DNA from: an uncultured Thermoplasmatales archaeon | Lineage (GTDB): Archaea > Thermoplasmatota > E2 > UBA202 > DSCA01 | Reading direction: 5' to 3' | Assembly (NCBI GenBank): GCA_964414415.1 | Contig: CAYPWJ010000001.1 | Span: 7,007-71,006 of the forward strand | DNA: 64,000 bases | Shown: positions 20,701-30,925 of the stretch, one piece after another | How positions within the stretch are numbered: position 1 is the first letter of the stretch | Layout of the letters: each line of letters opens with the position of its first letter | Made by a program: the position numbers and the translations under genes | The notes under the pieces: generated by a model | The model's input: only the letters and a program-made list of their open reading frames with translations | Told to the model about the DNA's origin: nothing | Databases searched by the model: none

Positions 20701-21720
20701 TACCGCGTCTACGAGAGCAATCTCTACATCGCCGTCGAGGACAACGGCTCCCGCGACCCCGACGGCGTCATCGAGGCGTGGCAGTGGAGCTTCGGCGACG
20801 GCACCACGGCAAACGGAACAAGCGCGAGGCATACCTACAGCGAGGCCGGCAGCTACCAGGTGACGCTGCAGGTCACCGACGACGACGGCGCCACAAACAC
20901 CACCTCCATACAGATACCCGTCGGCGTGTTCCTGTCAGCCAACTTCACCCACGAGACAGACCCCGCCTCGGGCGAACCCGTCGCGTTCTACGACAACTCG
21001 TCCAACGCCGCCGCCTGGCAGTGGAGCTTCGGCGACGGTGCCACAAGCAACGAGACGCATCCCTCCCACGTCTACCCGATCGGCAACTACTACAACGTCA
21101 CGCTCACCGTCACCAACGGCAGCAAAAACGCCAGCGTCAGCAAGACAGTCCCGGTCGACACATGCATCCACATCGTCAAAAACGCGGACAACGTCGTCAA
21201 CTATCTCCCGTGGCTGGGCGACGACATCACGGCCTCAGCGCTCGCCGGCGAGATCGGCAGCGACGTGATGCCGGAGGGCAGCGTCGTGAGCCGCTGGAAC
21301 ACAACGCGTGGCGCGTTCGACAGCTACGTCGTCGGCGTGTCTCCATCATCCTACGACTTTATCATTCATCCCTACGACGCCATCGTGCTCCGCGTTGCCT
21401 CATCGGGCACCTACACCGAGCAGGCATACCGGCTGGCGGACCGCCTCGTCCAGTTCTACAAGAACAGCAACAACGTCGTCAACCACATGGTGTGGAGCGA
21501 CGTCACCTCCATCCAGGCCTCGGCGCTCGCCGGCGAGATCGGCAGCGACGTGATGCCGGAGGGCAGCGTCGTGAGCCGCTGGAACACAACGCGTGGCGCG
21601 TTCGACAGCTACGTCGTCGGCGTGTCTCCATCATCCTATGACTTTACCATCCATCCGGGCGACTGCATCGTCCTCCGCGTCGCCCAGTCAGGTCAATATC
21701 AGATAGAGGTGAATCCATGA
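17722..21720 (+). CDS. Secreted NosD beta-helix, Ig-like and multiple-PKD protein with duplicated C-terminal domain
   Basis: Signal peptide; IQNAITDA..GDTIFV..G.Y.ENV.I.K; GNYWDNY.G.D.D.DGIGD; about six W.FGDG-type motifs. Confidence 0.8.
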   Translation: MLRRELGCLLLSLILMLSIFPPGGVILSRASFIEVDASGTEGSYTRIQNAITDADTGDTIFVHDGIYTENVVIDKRVTVQGESKSGTIIDGGGKGNVVTINAGGAVLAGVSIRNSGAGDNAGVRFDGVSQAMITDCRLHDNQYGVRLFQADSITITENAIVNSSSTGLYIGSHCIEALIFHNNFLDNGDNAFDEGTDNQWYNATLQEGNYWDNYDGNDTDNDGIGDSNYPIPPSVSLKYDPYPLMHQYAGINILHLQAEPQIQEPGRQVNVSCRITSSAEVNHSYINITMPNGTYLNASLQREGNTSNYYYSRSYDDKGTYRYRVWANDTNNNSIRSAEKKFVVAYKPNASFRYTPSSPTRLDAVTFNGSNSSDPDGSIVNYSWSLGDGTTTFGTTVSHQYSSNDTFTVTLTVTDNHGAWGTSSRNVTIRNIPPTAGFSFSPDDPTVGETISFSENASDPDGTIVKYEWNFGDGTTTSGGDMTHPSHVYRRNGVFNVTLTVTDYDTDTDTASREITVRDVESPVIENVSAFPNPQERHGRVNISCTIIDDVAVSAASVDIDGPGVDRNASMHQVDGTATWYYTANYSSEGNYTYTVWTTDPSGNTNQSQPHTFEIIIPAEPPEIHEVREWPTTKQYGFPVNISANVTDNVRVETVSANVTLPNGGSVNRSMSPSCIDDDCNGIYFYNETYDMLGDYNYTIWATDINGYVNHSISHSFSVIDTMSPEVNNLTVTPAVQHPNETVNVSCTASDNLQVANVSIIVTHGNDTVASKEMNTSSCYYLTRNYSQRGRYNVTVTARDTRGNTASFSTHFNVTFFPTANFSYSPAVPTSQETITFNDTSTDSDGDITAWNWSFGDGNTSTVQQPRHSYSADGTYTVTLTVWDDDGATASIAKDIEIQNVPPTANFTYTPVQPTDLDAVAFNASASTDDGDITGYTWSFGDNESGNGMTASHIYPDDGTYTVTLTVTDDDGATDSCSRNVTIDNVPPVADFQYRVYESNLYIAVEDNGSRDPDGVIEAWQWSFGDGTTANGTSARHTYSEAGSYQVTLQVTDDDGATNTTSIQIPVGVFLSANFTHETDPASGEPVAFYDNSSNAAAWQWSFGDGATSNETHPSHVYPIGNYYNVTLTVTNGSKNASVSKTVPVDTCIHIVKNADNVVNYLPWLGDDITASALAGEIGSDVMPEGSVVSRWNTTRGAFDSYVVGVSPSSYDFIIHPYDAIVLRVASSGTYTEQAYRLADRLVQFYKNSNNVVNHMVWSDVTSIQASALAGEIGSDVMPEGSVVSRWNTTRGAFDSYVVGVSPSSYDFTIHPGDCIVLRVAQSGQYQIEVNP
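21238..21638 (+). repeat. 116-bp exact intragenic duplication (21238-21353 and 21523-21638)
   Basis: Encodes ALAGEIGSDVMPEGSVVSRWNTTRGAFDSYVVGVSPSSY twice, 285 bp apart. Confidence 0.9.
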
Positions 21721-24260
21721 AAAAAATACAGAGTATAGCGATAGCGATATTGCTCACCGCCAGTGTGCTGCCGCTGCTCCACGAGGTGCAGGCGCTCGAC
21801 CAGCCGTTCCCCGTCACCGGCACCATCACGGACGCCGACGGCGACGCCATCCCGACCGGCGTGCAGGTGACGGTCACCGACGTGGACAAGTCGACCGACA
21901 TGACTGTCTACACCGAGCAAAACGACGGCAGCACCGGCTTCTACCAGGCGGATCTCTTCAACCTGAAAAACTGCGAGGACGGCGACACAATCAAGGTGTC
22001 ATGCACGCATAACGGCGAGACCAACGCCAAGTCGTTCGTCCTCGACGTCACCGACTCGTCGAAAAGCCTCAGCTTCTCGCTCGTCGGCGCACCGGCGGTC
22101 GCCACCGACCCGGCAGCCAGCGTCGGCAGCAGCAGCGCCACACTCAAGGGCAGCCTCGACGACCTCAACGACATCGACACGGGCGAATGCCAGGTCTGGT
22201 TCCAGTACGGCACATCGACATCCTACGGCTCAACAACGGGCAAGCAATGGATGGACAGCACGGGCTCGTTCTCCGAATCGATATCGGGGCTGGATCCCGA
22301 CACGAAATACTGTTACAGGGCCGTCGCAGAGAACAGCCAAAAAAAGAGCTACGGCTCCTCTCAGGATTTCACCACCAGCGCCACCGACCCCACGGTGTCA
22401 ACACGGGAGGCCGACAGCGTCAGCTACGACAGCGCCGTCCTCAACGGCTACCTCGGCAGCCCGGGAGCGAGCACCTGCGACGTGTGGTTCGTCTACGACA
22501 CCACAAACCACGGCAGCTGGCAGGACTACCAGCACAGCACCGGAAAACAGACGACGGCCTCATCCACCTCGTTCTCGGAGTCAATCGAGCAGCTGGTCCT
22601 CGATACCACCTATCACTATCGGGCCGTCGCCGAGAACAGCGCCGGGAAATACGATGCCGGCGACGACAAGACATTCACCACACACGTCGTCGCGCCGTCC
22701 GTCACGACCGACGGCGTCGACCAGCAGAACGTCACGAGCACCAGCGCCACGCTCAGCGCCACGCTGACCGATCTCGGCGGCGAACAGCACTGCGACGTCT
22801 GGTTCGAGTACGGCACCACCGCTTCTTATGGATACGCCACGGTCAATCTCTCGCTTGACGCCACCGGCTCGTTCAACGTCACCGTCACCGGGCTGCAGCC
22901 CGGCACCGCCTATCGCTTCCGCGCCGTCGCCAGGAACAGCCAGGGTACGGCCTACGGCACAGACCTGTCGTTTGTCACACCGGCCACACAGGCCGCCATC
23001 GAGACCAGTTCCGTCGACTACGCCGTCGTCCTCCGGGCCAACGTCACCGACCTCGGCGGCGACGAACACTGCACCGCCTGGTTTGAATACGGGCCCGAGA
23101 CGGGTAACCGTACCAACACGACGCCGCCGCAGACGATATACGAGCCCGGCACGGTCACCGAGGTGCTCACCGGGCTGCAGAGCAACGTCAGCTACCGCTA
23201 CCGCGCCGTCATCAACAACAGCCAGGGTGTCACCTACGGCAGCAACCTCTCCTTCCAGATGCTGTCGCTCCCCAAACCGCCGGCCGTCGAGGATGCCAGC
23301 GCAGCCGTCACCGGGGACAACGTGACCTTCCAGGCACACCTGACCGCGCTCGGCGACAGCTCCTCGTGCTACGTCTGGTTCGAGTACACCGGGGAGCAAC
23401 GGCGGTCCACCGCCCCGCAGCGAGTCAACGGGACAGGCTCGTTCAACGCCACGGTGACCGGCCTGCCGCGGGGGAGCTACAGCTACCGTGCCATCGCCGT
23501 CGGTGACACCGGCCGGATAGCCTACAGCCCGCCGGACAGCGTCGTCGTCGGCGACCAGGACAATGCGCCTCCCTCCATCACGCTTCTCTCGCCCGGCAAC
23601 GATGAAACGGTCACGCTGGACACCTCGCTCCGCGCCTCGGTGAGCGACCCCGACGGCGACCCGGCCACCGTGACCTTCCACCTCAACGGAGCGACAATAG
23701 CCGCCGGCACCGTCCACAACGGGACCACCAGCGTAGCGCCGTCCCTCGAATATGGGGCGACCTACACATGGCATGTCTCCGCGTCGGACGGCCAGAACAC
23801 GACCATCTCCGCAGAGCGGACGTTCTCTACCGCCCCATCCATCACGGTCAACTTCACCCATGCCTTCCCGTTCAAAGGCGAGACAGCCTGGTTCGACGAC
23901 GCCTCCAACGGCGCCATCGCCAGCCGCGAATGGACGTTCGACCACGGAGCGACGGCCGACGGCGCCAACGTCACCCATACCTTCGACACGGCCGGCAGCC
24001 ACACGGTGACGCTCACCGTCACCGACGAATACGGCACCAGTTTTTCCCTGGAGCGAGCGGTGACCGTCTGGCGACGCGGCGACGCCAACATGGACGGCCG
24101 CATCAACGCCCTCGACATCACAGCCGTCGAGCTGGCAATCGAGCATCTCAAGAGTGATTCATCCTACAGCTACCCGCCGCCGGCCGACGTCGACCGAAGC
24201 GGCGACCTCACCAGCCAGGACGTGACCCGTCTCATCGAGACAATTCTTGGGTTGACATGA
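21717..24260 (+). CDS. Secreted FN3-like repeat/PKD protein with C-terminal dockerin
   Basis: About five repeats of A.L...C.VWF.YG...GL...T.Y.YRAVA.NS; PKD; GDANMDGRINALD...ADVDRSGDLTSQD. Confidence 0.8.
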   Translation: MKKIQSIAIAILLTASVLPLLHEVQALDQPFPVTGTITDADGDAIPTGVQVTVTDVDKSTDMTVYTEQNDGSTGFYQADLFNLKNCEDGDTIKVSCTHNGETNAKSFVLDVTDSSKSLSFSLVGAPAVATDPAASVGSSSATLKGSLDDLNDIDTGECQVWFQYGTSTSYGSTTGKQWMDSTGSFSESISGLDPDTKYCYRAVAENSQKKSYGSSQDFTTSATDPTVSTREADSVSYDSAVLNGYLGSPGASTCDVWFVYDTTNHGSWQDYQHSTGKQTTASSTSFSESIEQLVLDTTYHYRAVAENSAGKYDAGDDKTFTTHVVAPSVTTDGVDQQNVTSTSATLSATLTDLGGEQHCDVWFEYGTTASYGYATVNLSLDATGSFNVTVTGLQPGTAYRFRAVARNSQGTAYGTDLSFVTPATQAAIETSSVDYAVVLRANVTDLGGDEHCTAWFEYGPETGNRTNTTPPQTIYEPGTVTEVLTGLQSNVSYRYRAVINNSQGVTYGSNLSFQMLSLPKPPAVEDASAAVTGDNVTFQAHLTALGDSSSCYVWFEYTGEQRRSTAPQRVNGTGSFNATVTGLPRGSYSYRAIAVGDTGRIAYSPPDSVVVGDQDNAPPSITLLSPGNDETVTLDTSLRASVSDPDGDPATVTFHLNGATIAAGTVHNGTTSVAPSLEYGATYTWHVSASDGQNTTISAERTFSTAPSITVNFTHAFPFKGETAWFDDASNGAIASREWTFDHGATADGANVTHTFDTAGSHTVTLTVTDEYGTSFSLERAVTVWRRGDANMDGRINALDITAVELAIEHLKSDSSYSYPPPADVDRSGDLTSQDVTRLIETILGLT

Positions 24261-26629
24261 AAAAACGCGGGCTGCTGCTGGCGCTCCTGCTGCTCACGCC
24301 ATGGCTTGCAGCTGCGGCACCGGCAGCGGACAACGCTACCGTGACGCTCCAGGCACCCTCGATGGTGGTCACCGGCCACAGCATCGCTGTCACCGTCAAC
24401 GTCTCCGGCCTTGAGCATTTCAACGCAGCGAACTACTCCATCGGCTACGACCCCTCGCTCCTCACGGTGGATGCGGTGCACCCCGGCCGGATAGACGGGA
24501 CCGAGATACCGGTGACCTTCAACAGCCAGGGCGGCGTCCTCCACGTCGTCAACGCGCTCAACAGTTCAACCGTGAGCGGCTCAGGACACCTCGCCCGCGT
24601 CACCTTCACCTGCATCGGCAGCGGGACAACCGACCTCTCCATCCAGGGCAACCTCAGCGCCATTGAAAACGGGGAACAGATAGAGCTTCCGGCCACCTGG
24701 GCCGACACCTCGCTGACCTCGACGTCGACCGTGCTGACCGTTGAGGCACCGCAAAGTGTCAGCGACACGTTCACCGCAGCGCTGGCCATCGCGAATGTCA
24801 GCTCCCTCGACAGCTTCAACCTCACTCTCTCCTACAACCAGCACAAGCTTGGCGTCCAGCGCTACAGCAACGGCTCCGTCAACGGCACCACGATAGCTGT
24901 ATCCGGCAGCGACCGCACGGATGACGGCGCACTCAGACTCGTCGGCGTCACTAAGGGGAGCAAGGCGAGCGGCAGCGGCGTCCTGGCACACGTCACGTTC
25001 GTCCCCAAGAACACCGGCACCGCGGTCGTCAACGTCACCGATCCAACGTTTGCGGCAGCCGGCGAAAACGGCAGCGCCATCCCTGTCTACCTCGAGGGTG
25101 CCTCGGTGGTACTGCAAAACACGACCGATCTCCCCCCAGTTGCCTCGATTGGATGGCAGCCCGGGGACCCCGTGACCGGTGACACCGTCATCTTTTCAGC
25201 GGATGGAAGCACCGACGCCGACGGCTGGATAACGAACTACACCTGGAGCATCGACGACACTTCGGCCTTCGGCAACGAAACGAGCCATCATTTCCACAGC
25301 CCCGGCACCTACCAGGTCACGCTCACCGTCACCGACAACGACGGCCTGACCGATACCACCAGCAAAACTGTGACGATTTACAACGCACCGCCCAATGCCT
25401 CGTTTTCGTTCTCTCCGGAGCAACCCGTTGTGGGCCAGGATGTGTCGTTCACCGATACCAGCAGCGACGACAGCGGCATCGTCGCCCGGCAGTGGACATT
25501 CGGCGACGGTGCCACGAGCGGCGAGACAAACCCGTCGCACACCTACAGCGATGACGGCACCTACCAGGTCACGCTCACCGTGACCGACGACGATGCCACG
25601 GACACCTATATGGACAACATCACGGTGACGGCAAACACGCCACCCGGGGCACCCTCGCAGCCCGCCGGCCCGTCATCGGGCACCACCGGCACCTCCTACA
25701 CCTTCACGACGTCGGCGAGCGACCCAGACGGCCACGCCGTGAAATACCGGTTCGACTGGGATGACGCCACGGATACCAGATGGCGCAGCACGTCATCCGC
25801 ATCACATATCTGGAGCACCGCTGGAACGTATAGCGTCCGTGTGAAGGCCAAAGATGCCTACGGAAAGGAAAGCGATTGGTCGCCGTCACTGCAGGTCACC
25901 ATCGAGAAGGTATCGCCGCCCCCACCTCCGGAGCCTCAGCCGCCATCCGCCGATTTTTCGTACAGCGCCGACGGCCGGACCGTGTCCTTCACCGACGAGA
26001 GCAGCAACCCCGACGGCTCCATCGCCACATATACATGGAGCTTCGGAGACGGTGCATCGAGCACCCAGGCCAGCCCCGTGCATACCTACGCCAGCGACGG
26101 CACCTACACCGTCACCCTGTCCGTGACCGACAGCGACGGCATGACCGACGACGTCAGCAGAGAGGTCACCGTCGAGACGCCGGAGCCACAGCGGCCCGAT
26201 CTCACAGTCACAAACATCTCAATGACGCCACCGTCGCCGCAAGATGGAGGCACCGTCCAGATCACCGTAACCGTCGCCAACGTCGGAGCCGCCGATGCAA
26301 ACCAGACCCTGCTGAACCTCTACATGGACGACGCAATAACGGGCTCCATCACGCTGCCAGCCATAGAAGCCGACGGACAGGTCGACAGGACACAGGAGGT
26401 CAACGTCACCGCCGGAAACCACGCCCTGAAGGCGATGGTCGACCCCGACGACACGGTGAAAGAGACGAACGAGAACAACAACCAAAAAACACAGTCATTT
26501 TCGGTGGCCCAAGACGGCCGAGATGACACCGGAGGAGCGTTCCCGTGGCTTATAGGAGCCGTCATCATCGCGGTGCTGGGCGGAGGAGCAGCCGTCTTTT
26601 TCATGTACAGACGGGAGATGCTGCCATGA
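24257..26629 (+). CDS. Membrane-anchored surface protein with two cohesin-like domains, PKD domains and CARDB
   Basis: VTVNVSG...NYSIGYDPSLL.V..V..G...GSGHLARVTF...G, repeated; PDLTV...VDPDD.V.E.NE.NN (CARDB); C-terminal TM followed by RR. Confidence 0.75.
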   Translation: MKKRGLLLALLLLTPWLAAAAPAADNATVTLQAPSMVVTGHSIAVTVNVSGLEHFNAANYSIGYDPSLLTVDAVHPGRIDGTEIPVTFNSQGGVLHVVNALNSSTVSGSGHLARVTFTCIGSGTTDLSIQGNLSAIENGEQIELPATWADTSLTSTSTVLTVEAPQSVSDTFTAALAIANVSSLDSFNLTLSYNQHKLGVQRYSNGSVNGTTIAVSGSDRTDDGALRLVGVTKGSKASGSGVLAHVTFVPKNTGTAVVNVTDPTFAAAGENGSAIPVYLEGASVVLQNTTDLPPVASIGWQPGDPVTGDTVIFSADGSTDADGWITNYTWSIDDTSAFGNETSHHFHSPGTYQVTLTVTDNDGLTDTTSKTVTIYNAPPNASFSFSPEQPVVGQDVSFTDTSSDDSGIVARQWTFGDGATSGETNPSHTYSDDGTYQVTLTVTDDDATDTYMDNITVTANTPPGAPSQPAGPSSGTTGTSYTFTTSASDPDGHAVKYRFDWDDATDTRWRSTSSASHIWSTAGTYSVRVKAKDAYGKESDWSPSLQVTIEKVSPPPPPEPQPPSADFSYSADGRTVSFTDESSNPDGSIATYTWSFGDGASSTQASPVHTYASDGTYTVTLSVTDSDGMTDDVSREVTVETPEPQRPDLTVTNISMTPPSPQDGGTVQITVTVANVGAADANQTLLNLYMDDAITGSITLPAIEADGQVDRTQEVNVTAGNHALKAMVDPDDTVKETNENNNQKTQSFSVAQDGRDDTGGAFPWLIGAVIIAVLGGGAAVFFMYRREMLP

Positions 26630-26709
26630 AACGAAACACGGAGCAGCGGTCATCCAGCAAAACAAATTTTTTCATAAACTTATTTAAACCAGCTACGGTT
26701 AGTCCCCCG

Positions 26710-28002
26710 ATGGGAAAGAACGAGCGCGGGCAGGTCGGCGTGGTGGTGGCCATCCTGATGGTGAGCCTGTTCGTGGCGGTTATCGTCCTGGTCCAGGTCT
26801 ACTATGTCCCCAACTGGATGCGAGATAGAGAGGCGACGCATATGGACACCGTCGCCAACCAGTTCTCGCAGATAAAAGCATCGATAGACATCGAAGCGAT
26901 GGCACAGCGGGACATGTCACTCATCAATTCCATCACGCTGGGCAGCAAGGAGCTTCCGTTTTTCGTTTCAGCGCGTGCATTTGGCTCCCTGAACGTTCTC
27001 TCGACCGCCAACAGCGACTTCGCAGTCGGCATATCGGGCAGCGGGCTTCCCGCGACCAGTATGTCCAGAGACGTTACCGCAAATCAGACCATACAGCACG
27101 TTCGCTCTCTCAGCTCGTTTGACCTCCAGCTTGACATGGCGAACATGAGCGACGGTGAGCGTTTCAACGCCACGGCCGGCGGCGCCACGCTCTCAGTCCT
27201 GGTGACAGGCACCAACGGTTACTGGCAGATCGACCTCACCGTGTCGAACGCATCCGAGCCGGCGGTCTACGACCAGTCGATAGCCTGGATCCCTCAGGGA
27301 GTCACCGCGGGTACCTATTCAGTCAATCTGCTCAGCGACGACTACAAGTTCTCCACTCACGTCCTCCCCTATATCTCCTCGCCGTATAACATGTCGTTCA
27401 CATTCGATCCCTCCACGGCGGCTGGAACCTTCGCCGTCAGCGGCAGCCGGTACGCCGGCGACATGACTGGGATCATGCAGCCAGACTCCATGGGCACCAT
27501 CGAGTACACCTCTGAAAACGCCTACTTCGTCGACCAGACCTACGTCTACGAGGGCGGTGCCGTGGTGCTGAGCCAGTCAGCGGGGCAGGCCGTGATATCC
27601 GCCCCCGGGATAACCGCCAGCAACGTCACCGGCCCGAACGGTGCCAGACACGTCTACGACCTGACAGTGGTGGACGTGGCGGGAGCCGCCGGCAAAAACA
27701 GTGTAAGCGGATACGGCACATATTCAATCAAAACAAACTATTCCTCCACGCGAGCGGATGCCGCCATCGCCAGCAACCTCACCGTGACCATCAATACAAA
27801 CTACCCTGCGGCCTGGGCACGATACATGGAGGGCATGCTCAACCGGTCCGGGATAACCAACTTCGAGGTCGAAGGCAACCAGAGCGAGAGCCGCGTGACC
27901 GTCACCCTCCACGGGCCGCAGACGAACGGCAGCTATGACATCAAGCTCACCGTGAGAAAAATAAACATCAGGGCGCAGGTCGGCCCCGGGTGGATCAGTT
28001 AA
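26710..28002 (+). CDS. Type IV pilin-like protein (class III signal peptide)
   Basis: [16 protein letters not shown]...YYVPNW...E..HM..V..QF; Y.YEGGAV...Q; TATA-like tatttaaa at 26681 supports this start. Confidence 0.72.
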   Translation: MGKNERGQVGVVVAILMVSLFVAVIVLVQVYYVPNWMRDREATHMDTVANQFSQIKASIDIEAMAQRDMSLINSITLGSKELPFFVSARAFGSLNVLSTANSDFAVGISGSGLPATSMSRDVTANQTIQHVRSLSSFDLQLDMANMSDGERFNATAGGATLSVLVTGTNGYWQIDLTVSNASEPAVYDQSIAWIPQGVTAGTYSVNLLSDDYKFSTHVLPYISSPYNMSFTFDPSTAAGTFAVSGSRYAGDMTGIMQPDSMGTIEYTSENAYFVDQTYVYEGGAVVLSQSAGQAVISAPGITASNVTGPNGARHVYDLTVVDVAGAAGKNSVSGYGTYSIKTNYSSTRADAAIASNLTVTINTNYPAAWARYMEGMLNRSGITNFEVEGNQSESRVTVTLHGPQTNGSYDIKLTVRKINIRAQVGPGWIS

Positions 28003-30035
28003 TACTCGTTTTCGCTGCTGGGAGCGCTCTGCGTCTGCCCCTGCTGCTTTTGCTTGCGGGGCACCTTGCTGGTCGCCCGTTCTGACTCCAGGTCGACCTT
28101 GCTGACCGCTGACGGCTGCAGCTTCTCGAGCTTCTGCATCAGCTGGTCTTTTTTATCGCCGACCAGGACGTTTTCCAGCACGTCCTTCAGCGTCTCCACC
28201 GGCACGATCTCTATCTGGTCCTTGTACTGGTCCTCGATGAGCACGTCCTGCATGTTCGCCTTGGGGATGAGCACTTTTTTCAGACCGACCTTGGCAGCCG
28301 CCTCGATCTTTGCGGTCACGCCGCCGACGGGCAGCACGGCGCCGTGGACGCTCAGCGACCCGGTCATGCCGACCTCCTGCGACAGCGGTACGTTCTCCAT
28401 CGCCGAAATCACGGCTGTCGCAACCGAGATAGAGGCGGAGTCACCCTCGACACCTTCATAGGTGCCGACGAACTGGATGTGGATGTCCCGTTTCGAGATG
28501 TCCTTCCCCATGTATTTCTTGAGGATAGCAGAGACGTTCTGCACTGCCTCGCTGGCTATCTCGCCCAGGCGACCCGTTGCGATGATCTTACCCTCGGACT
28601 TCGACCCCGCCGGGGTCACCTCGGCGACGATCGGCAAAATCAGGCCTGCAAACTCGCTCATCGACGGGTCGGCGGACATCACCGCGAGGCCGTTCACCGT
28701 GCCGATCTCCGCACCGGCAGTCCTAAACGACTGATAGGTCTTCTTTTTGTCGAGGTAGCGCTCCGCCACCTGTTGCTCCAGCGACGAGGAGAGCTCCTTG
28801 GCTCTGACCACGTGGTCGGCGGTGACAGCGTCGACTTCCTCGCGGACGGCGAGGTCGCCTGCAGCCCGGATCAGTCCGCCGAGCTCCCGCAGGCGCAGCG
28901 ACAGCTTTCCCTTACGGCCAGCGCGACGCTGCGCCTCCCGGATGATCTCGGTGATGGCCGGCCGCTCAAAATGCGGAATCTGGCCGTCCTTGGCGACTTC
29001 CTGCGCCACGAACCTGATGAGCTTCGTCCTGTTCTCGTCGTTGTCCTCCATGTCGCTCTTGATGTATATCTCGTAGCCGTAGCCACGGATGCGGCTTCGC
29101 AATGCCGGGTGCATCCCTTCGACAGCGTCGAGGTTACCCGCGCAGACAAGAATAAAGTCACAGGGAACTGACTCGGTTTTCACCATGGCGCCGCTGCTCC
29201 GCTCCGACTGCCCGGTAATCTGGAATTTTTCCTCCTGGATCGCCGTCAAGAGATGCTGCTGCGACGGCAGGCTCAGCGTGTTGATCTCGTCGATGTACAG
29301 GACGCCGCGATGGGACTTGTGGATGGCGCCTGCCTCGACGCGCAGATGCGGCGGCGTCTCCAGCCCGCCGGCCTGGAACGGGTCATGGCGGACGTCGCCG
29401 AGCAGCGCGCCGCTGTGCGCCGCCGTCGCGTCGACGAACGGCGGAGAATCCTCATCTTCGTGCGACACCAGCAGCTTGGGCACGTCTTTGTCCTCCTGGT
29501 TCTGCATCATGCCGCCGCGTGCCCCGATCAGCCATATCATGGCTGCGGCGATGACACCGAACAGTGCGATGGTTATATTTCCGAGATAGAGCGCAGCCAT
29601 CAGAGAGCCCCCCACGATAAGCGCGAGGATGATGGCCATCATCTGCGACTGCTGCTGCTTGCGCTTCCGCGCCTCGGCTTTCATCGAGTCGACGATGTCT
29701 TTCCCCTTGCCGGCGGGGACGATGCGGACGCGCGGGGTGTTGGGGTCATCCTGGTTGGGATAGGTGAGGATGTCCTCGAGCTCCTCGGTGGGCAGGAACT
29801 CGGTCATCGCACGGGCGATCATGGATTTCCCGGTGCCCGGGTCGCCGATGAGCATGACATGGCGCTTCTGCCGGGCGGCCTGCCGGACAACGTCGACGGC
29901 GTGGTCCTGCCCGATGACCTGTTCCATTAGCGTGTCCGGTATCTCGATGTCCTCCGAGGATTCGACGTCCTGCTCCTGCATCCAGTCGTCTATCGGCGGA
30001 AGCTCCTCTACCCGTTCCTCTTCTTCAACTGCCAC
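27999..30035 (-). CDS. lonB: Archaeal ATP-dependent protease LonB
   Basis: [10 protein letters not shown] insertion, [20 protein letters not shown] and GGVTAK Ser-Lys dyad. Confidence 0.96.
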   Translation of the reverse strand: MAVEEEERVEELPPIDDWMQEQDVESSEDIEIPDTLMEQVIGQDHAVDVVRQAARQKRHVMLIGDPGTGKSMIARAMTEFLPTEELEDILTYPNQDDPNTPRVRIVPAGKGKDIVDSMKAEARKRKQQQSQMMAIILALIVGGSLMAALYLGNITIALFGVIAAAMIWLIGARGGMMQNQEDKDVPKLLVSHEDEDSPPFVDATAAHSGALLGDVRHDPFQAGGLETPPHLRVEAGAIHKSHRGVLYIDEINTLSLPSQQHLLTAIQEEKFQITGQSERSSGAMVKTESVPCDFILVCAGNLDAVEGMHPALRSRIRGYGYEIYIKSDMEDNDENRTKLIRFVAQEVAKDGQIPHFERPAITEIIREAQRRAGRKGKLSLRLRELGGLIRAAGDLAVREEVDAVTADHVVRAKELSSSLEQQVAERYLDKKKTYQSFRTAGAEIGTVNGLAVMSADPSMSEFAGLILPIVAEVTPAGSKSEGKIIATGRLGEIASEAVQNVSAILKKYMGKDISKRDIHIQFVGTYEGVEGDSASISVATAVISAMENVPLSQEVGMTGSLSVHGAVLPVGGVTAKIEAAAKVGLKKVLIPKANMQDVLIEDQYKDQIEIVPVETLKDVLENVLVGDKKDQLMQKLEKLQPSAVSKVDLESERATSKVPRKQKQQGQTQSAPSSENEY

Positions 30036-30109
30036 GTCTCCGACAAAACCATTGCTTTATATAATCTTTTTGCAGCGCTATGTGGCGGCCACATGATTAA
30101 ATATCGCCG

Positions 30110-30880
30110 GTGGCTACGATGCTGATGGCCACCGGCAGCCACCGTTTCTGGGAGATCGACGCAACGCGCGGCGTTGCCATCCTGATGATGGTCACGTTCC
30201 ATGTGGTCTACGACCTGCATCACTTCGGCGGCGGCGCCATCGCGGTCTCGGTGGGCTTCTGGCGTCACTTTGCCCAGGCGACGGCGACGCTGTTCCTCCT
30301 GCTCGTCGGCGTCTCGCTGACGCTGAGCTACAGCCGCGCCAGCCGTTGCCTCACCGGCGTGGAGCTGCCCGTGAAATATCTGAAGCGCGGCGTCCGCATC
30401 TTTCTCTACGGCGTGGCGATAACGGTGGTGACGTGGCTGTTTCTGCCCGACGGTATCATCCTGTTTGGCGTCCTGCACTGCATCGGCGTGTCCATCATCC
30501 TGGCGTATCCAGCGCTGCGGCATCGATGGCTGGCGTTGCTCCTCGGCCTGGCATCCATCGCCGCTGGTGCCGCTGTCTCCAGTGTGCAGGCCGGGACGAA
30601 TCTCTTTTTATGGCTCGGCGTTCACACCGGCAGCCTGTACATGTTCGACTATTTCCCGCTGCTGCCGTGGCTGGGTGTCGTCCTCCTCGGCGTCTTCCTC
30701 GGCAACACGCTGTACCCGGATGGCGAGCGCCGCTGGGGGGCCCCTGACCTGTCTGGATGGCCGATGACCGGGCTGCTCTCCCTGATGGGACGGCATTCGC
30801 TGGTCATCTATCTGGTCCACCAGCCCGTGTTGATAGCGATCTTGGCTGCAGCCGGCGCTATCGAGATAGGGTTTGTATAA
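30110..30880 (+). CDS. DUF1624 / HGSNAT-like membrane protein
   Basis: EIDATRGVAILMM..FH..YD, FGVLHCIG, DYFPLLPW, GRHSL.IYL.HQP. Confidence 0.85.
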   Translation: MATMLMATGSHRFWEIDATRGVAILMMVTFHVVYDLHHFGGGAIAVSVGFWRHFAQATATLFLLLVGVSLTLSYSRASRCLTGVELPVKYLKRGVRIFLYGVAITVVTWLFLPDGIILFGVLHCIGVSIILAYPALRHRWLALLLGLASIAAGAAVSSVQAGTNLFLWLGVHTGSLYMFDYFPLLPWLGVVLLGVFLGNTLYPDGERRWGAPDLSGWPMTGLLSLMGRHSLVIYLVHQPVLIAILAAAGAIEIGFV

Positions 30881-30925
30881 CAAGAGATAAAAAAGAATAT
30901 GGAAAGGGAGAAGGAGGGAAAAGGG

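Noticed and set aside
12159-26629. Recurring short DNA repeats (ggcacctataccgtcacg, tggagcttcggcgac) as a CRISPR array or DGR
   Set aside because: They are codons of PKD/FN3 motifs within ORFs, irregularly spaced; no cas genes, reverse transcriptase or A-specific mismatch pattern
21717-26629. True cellulosome
   Set aside because: No recognisable glycoside hydrolase or CBM3 domain in the dockerin or cohesin proteins
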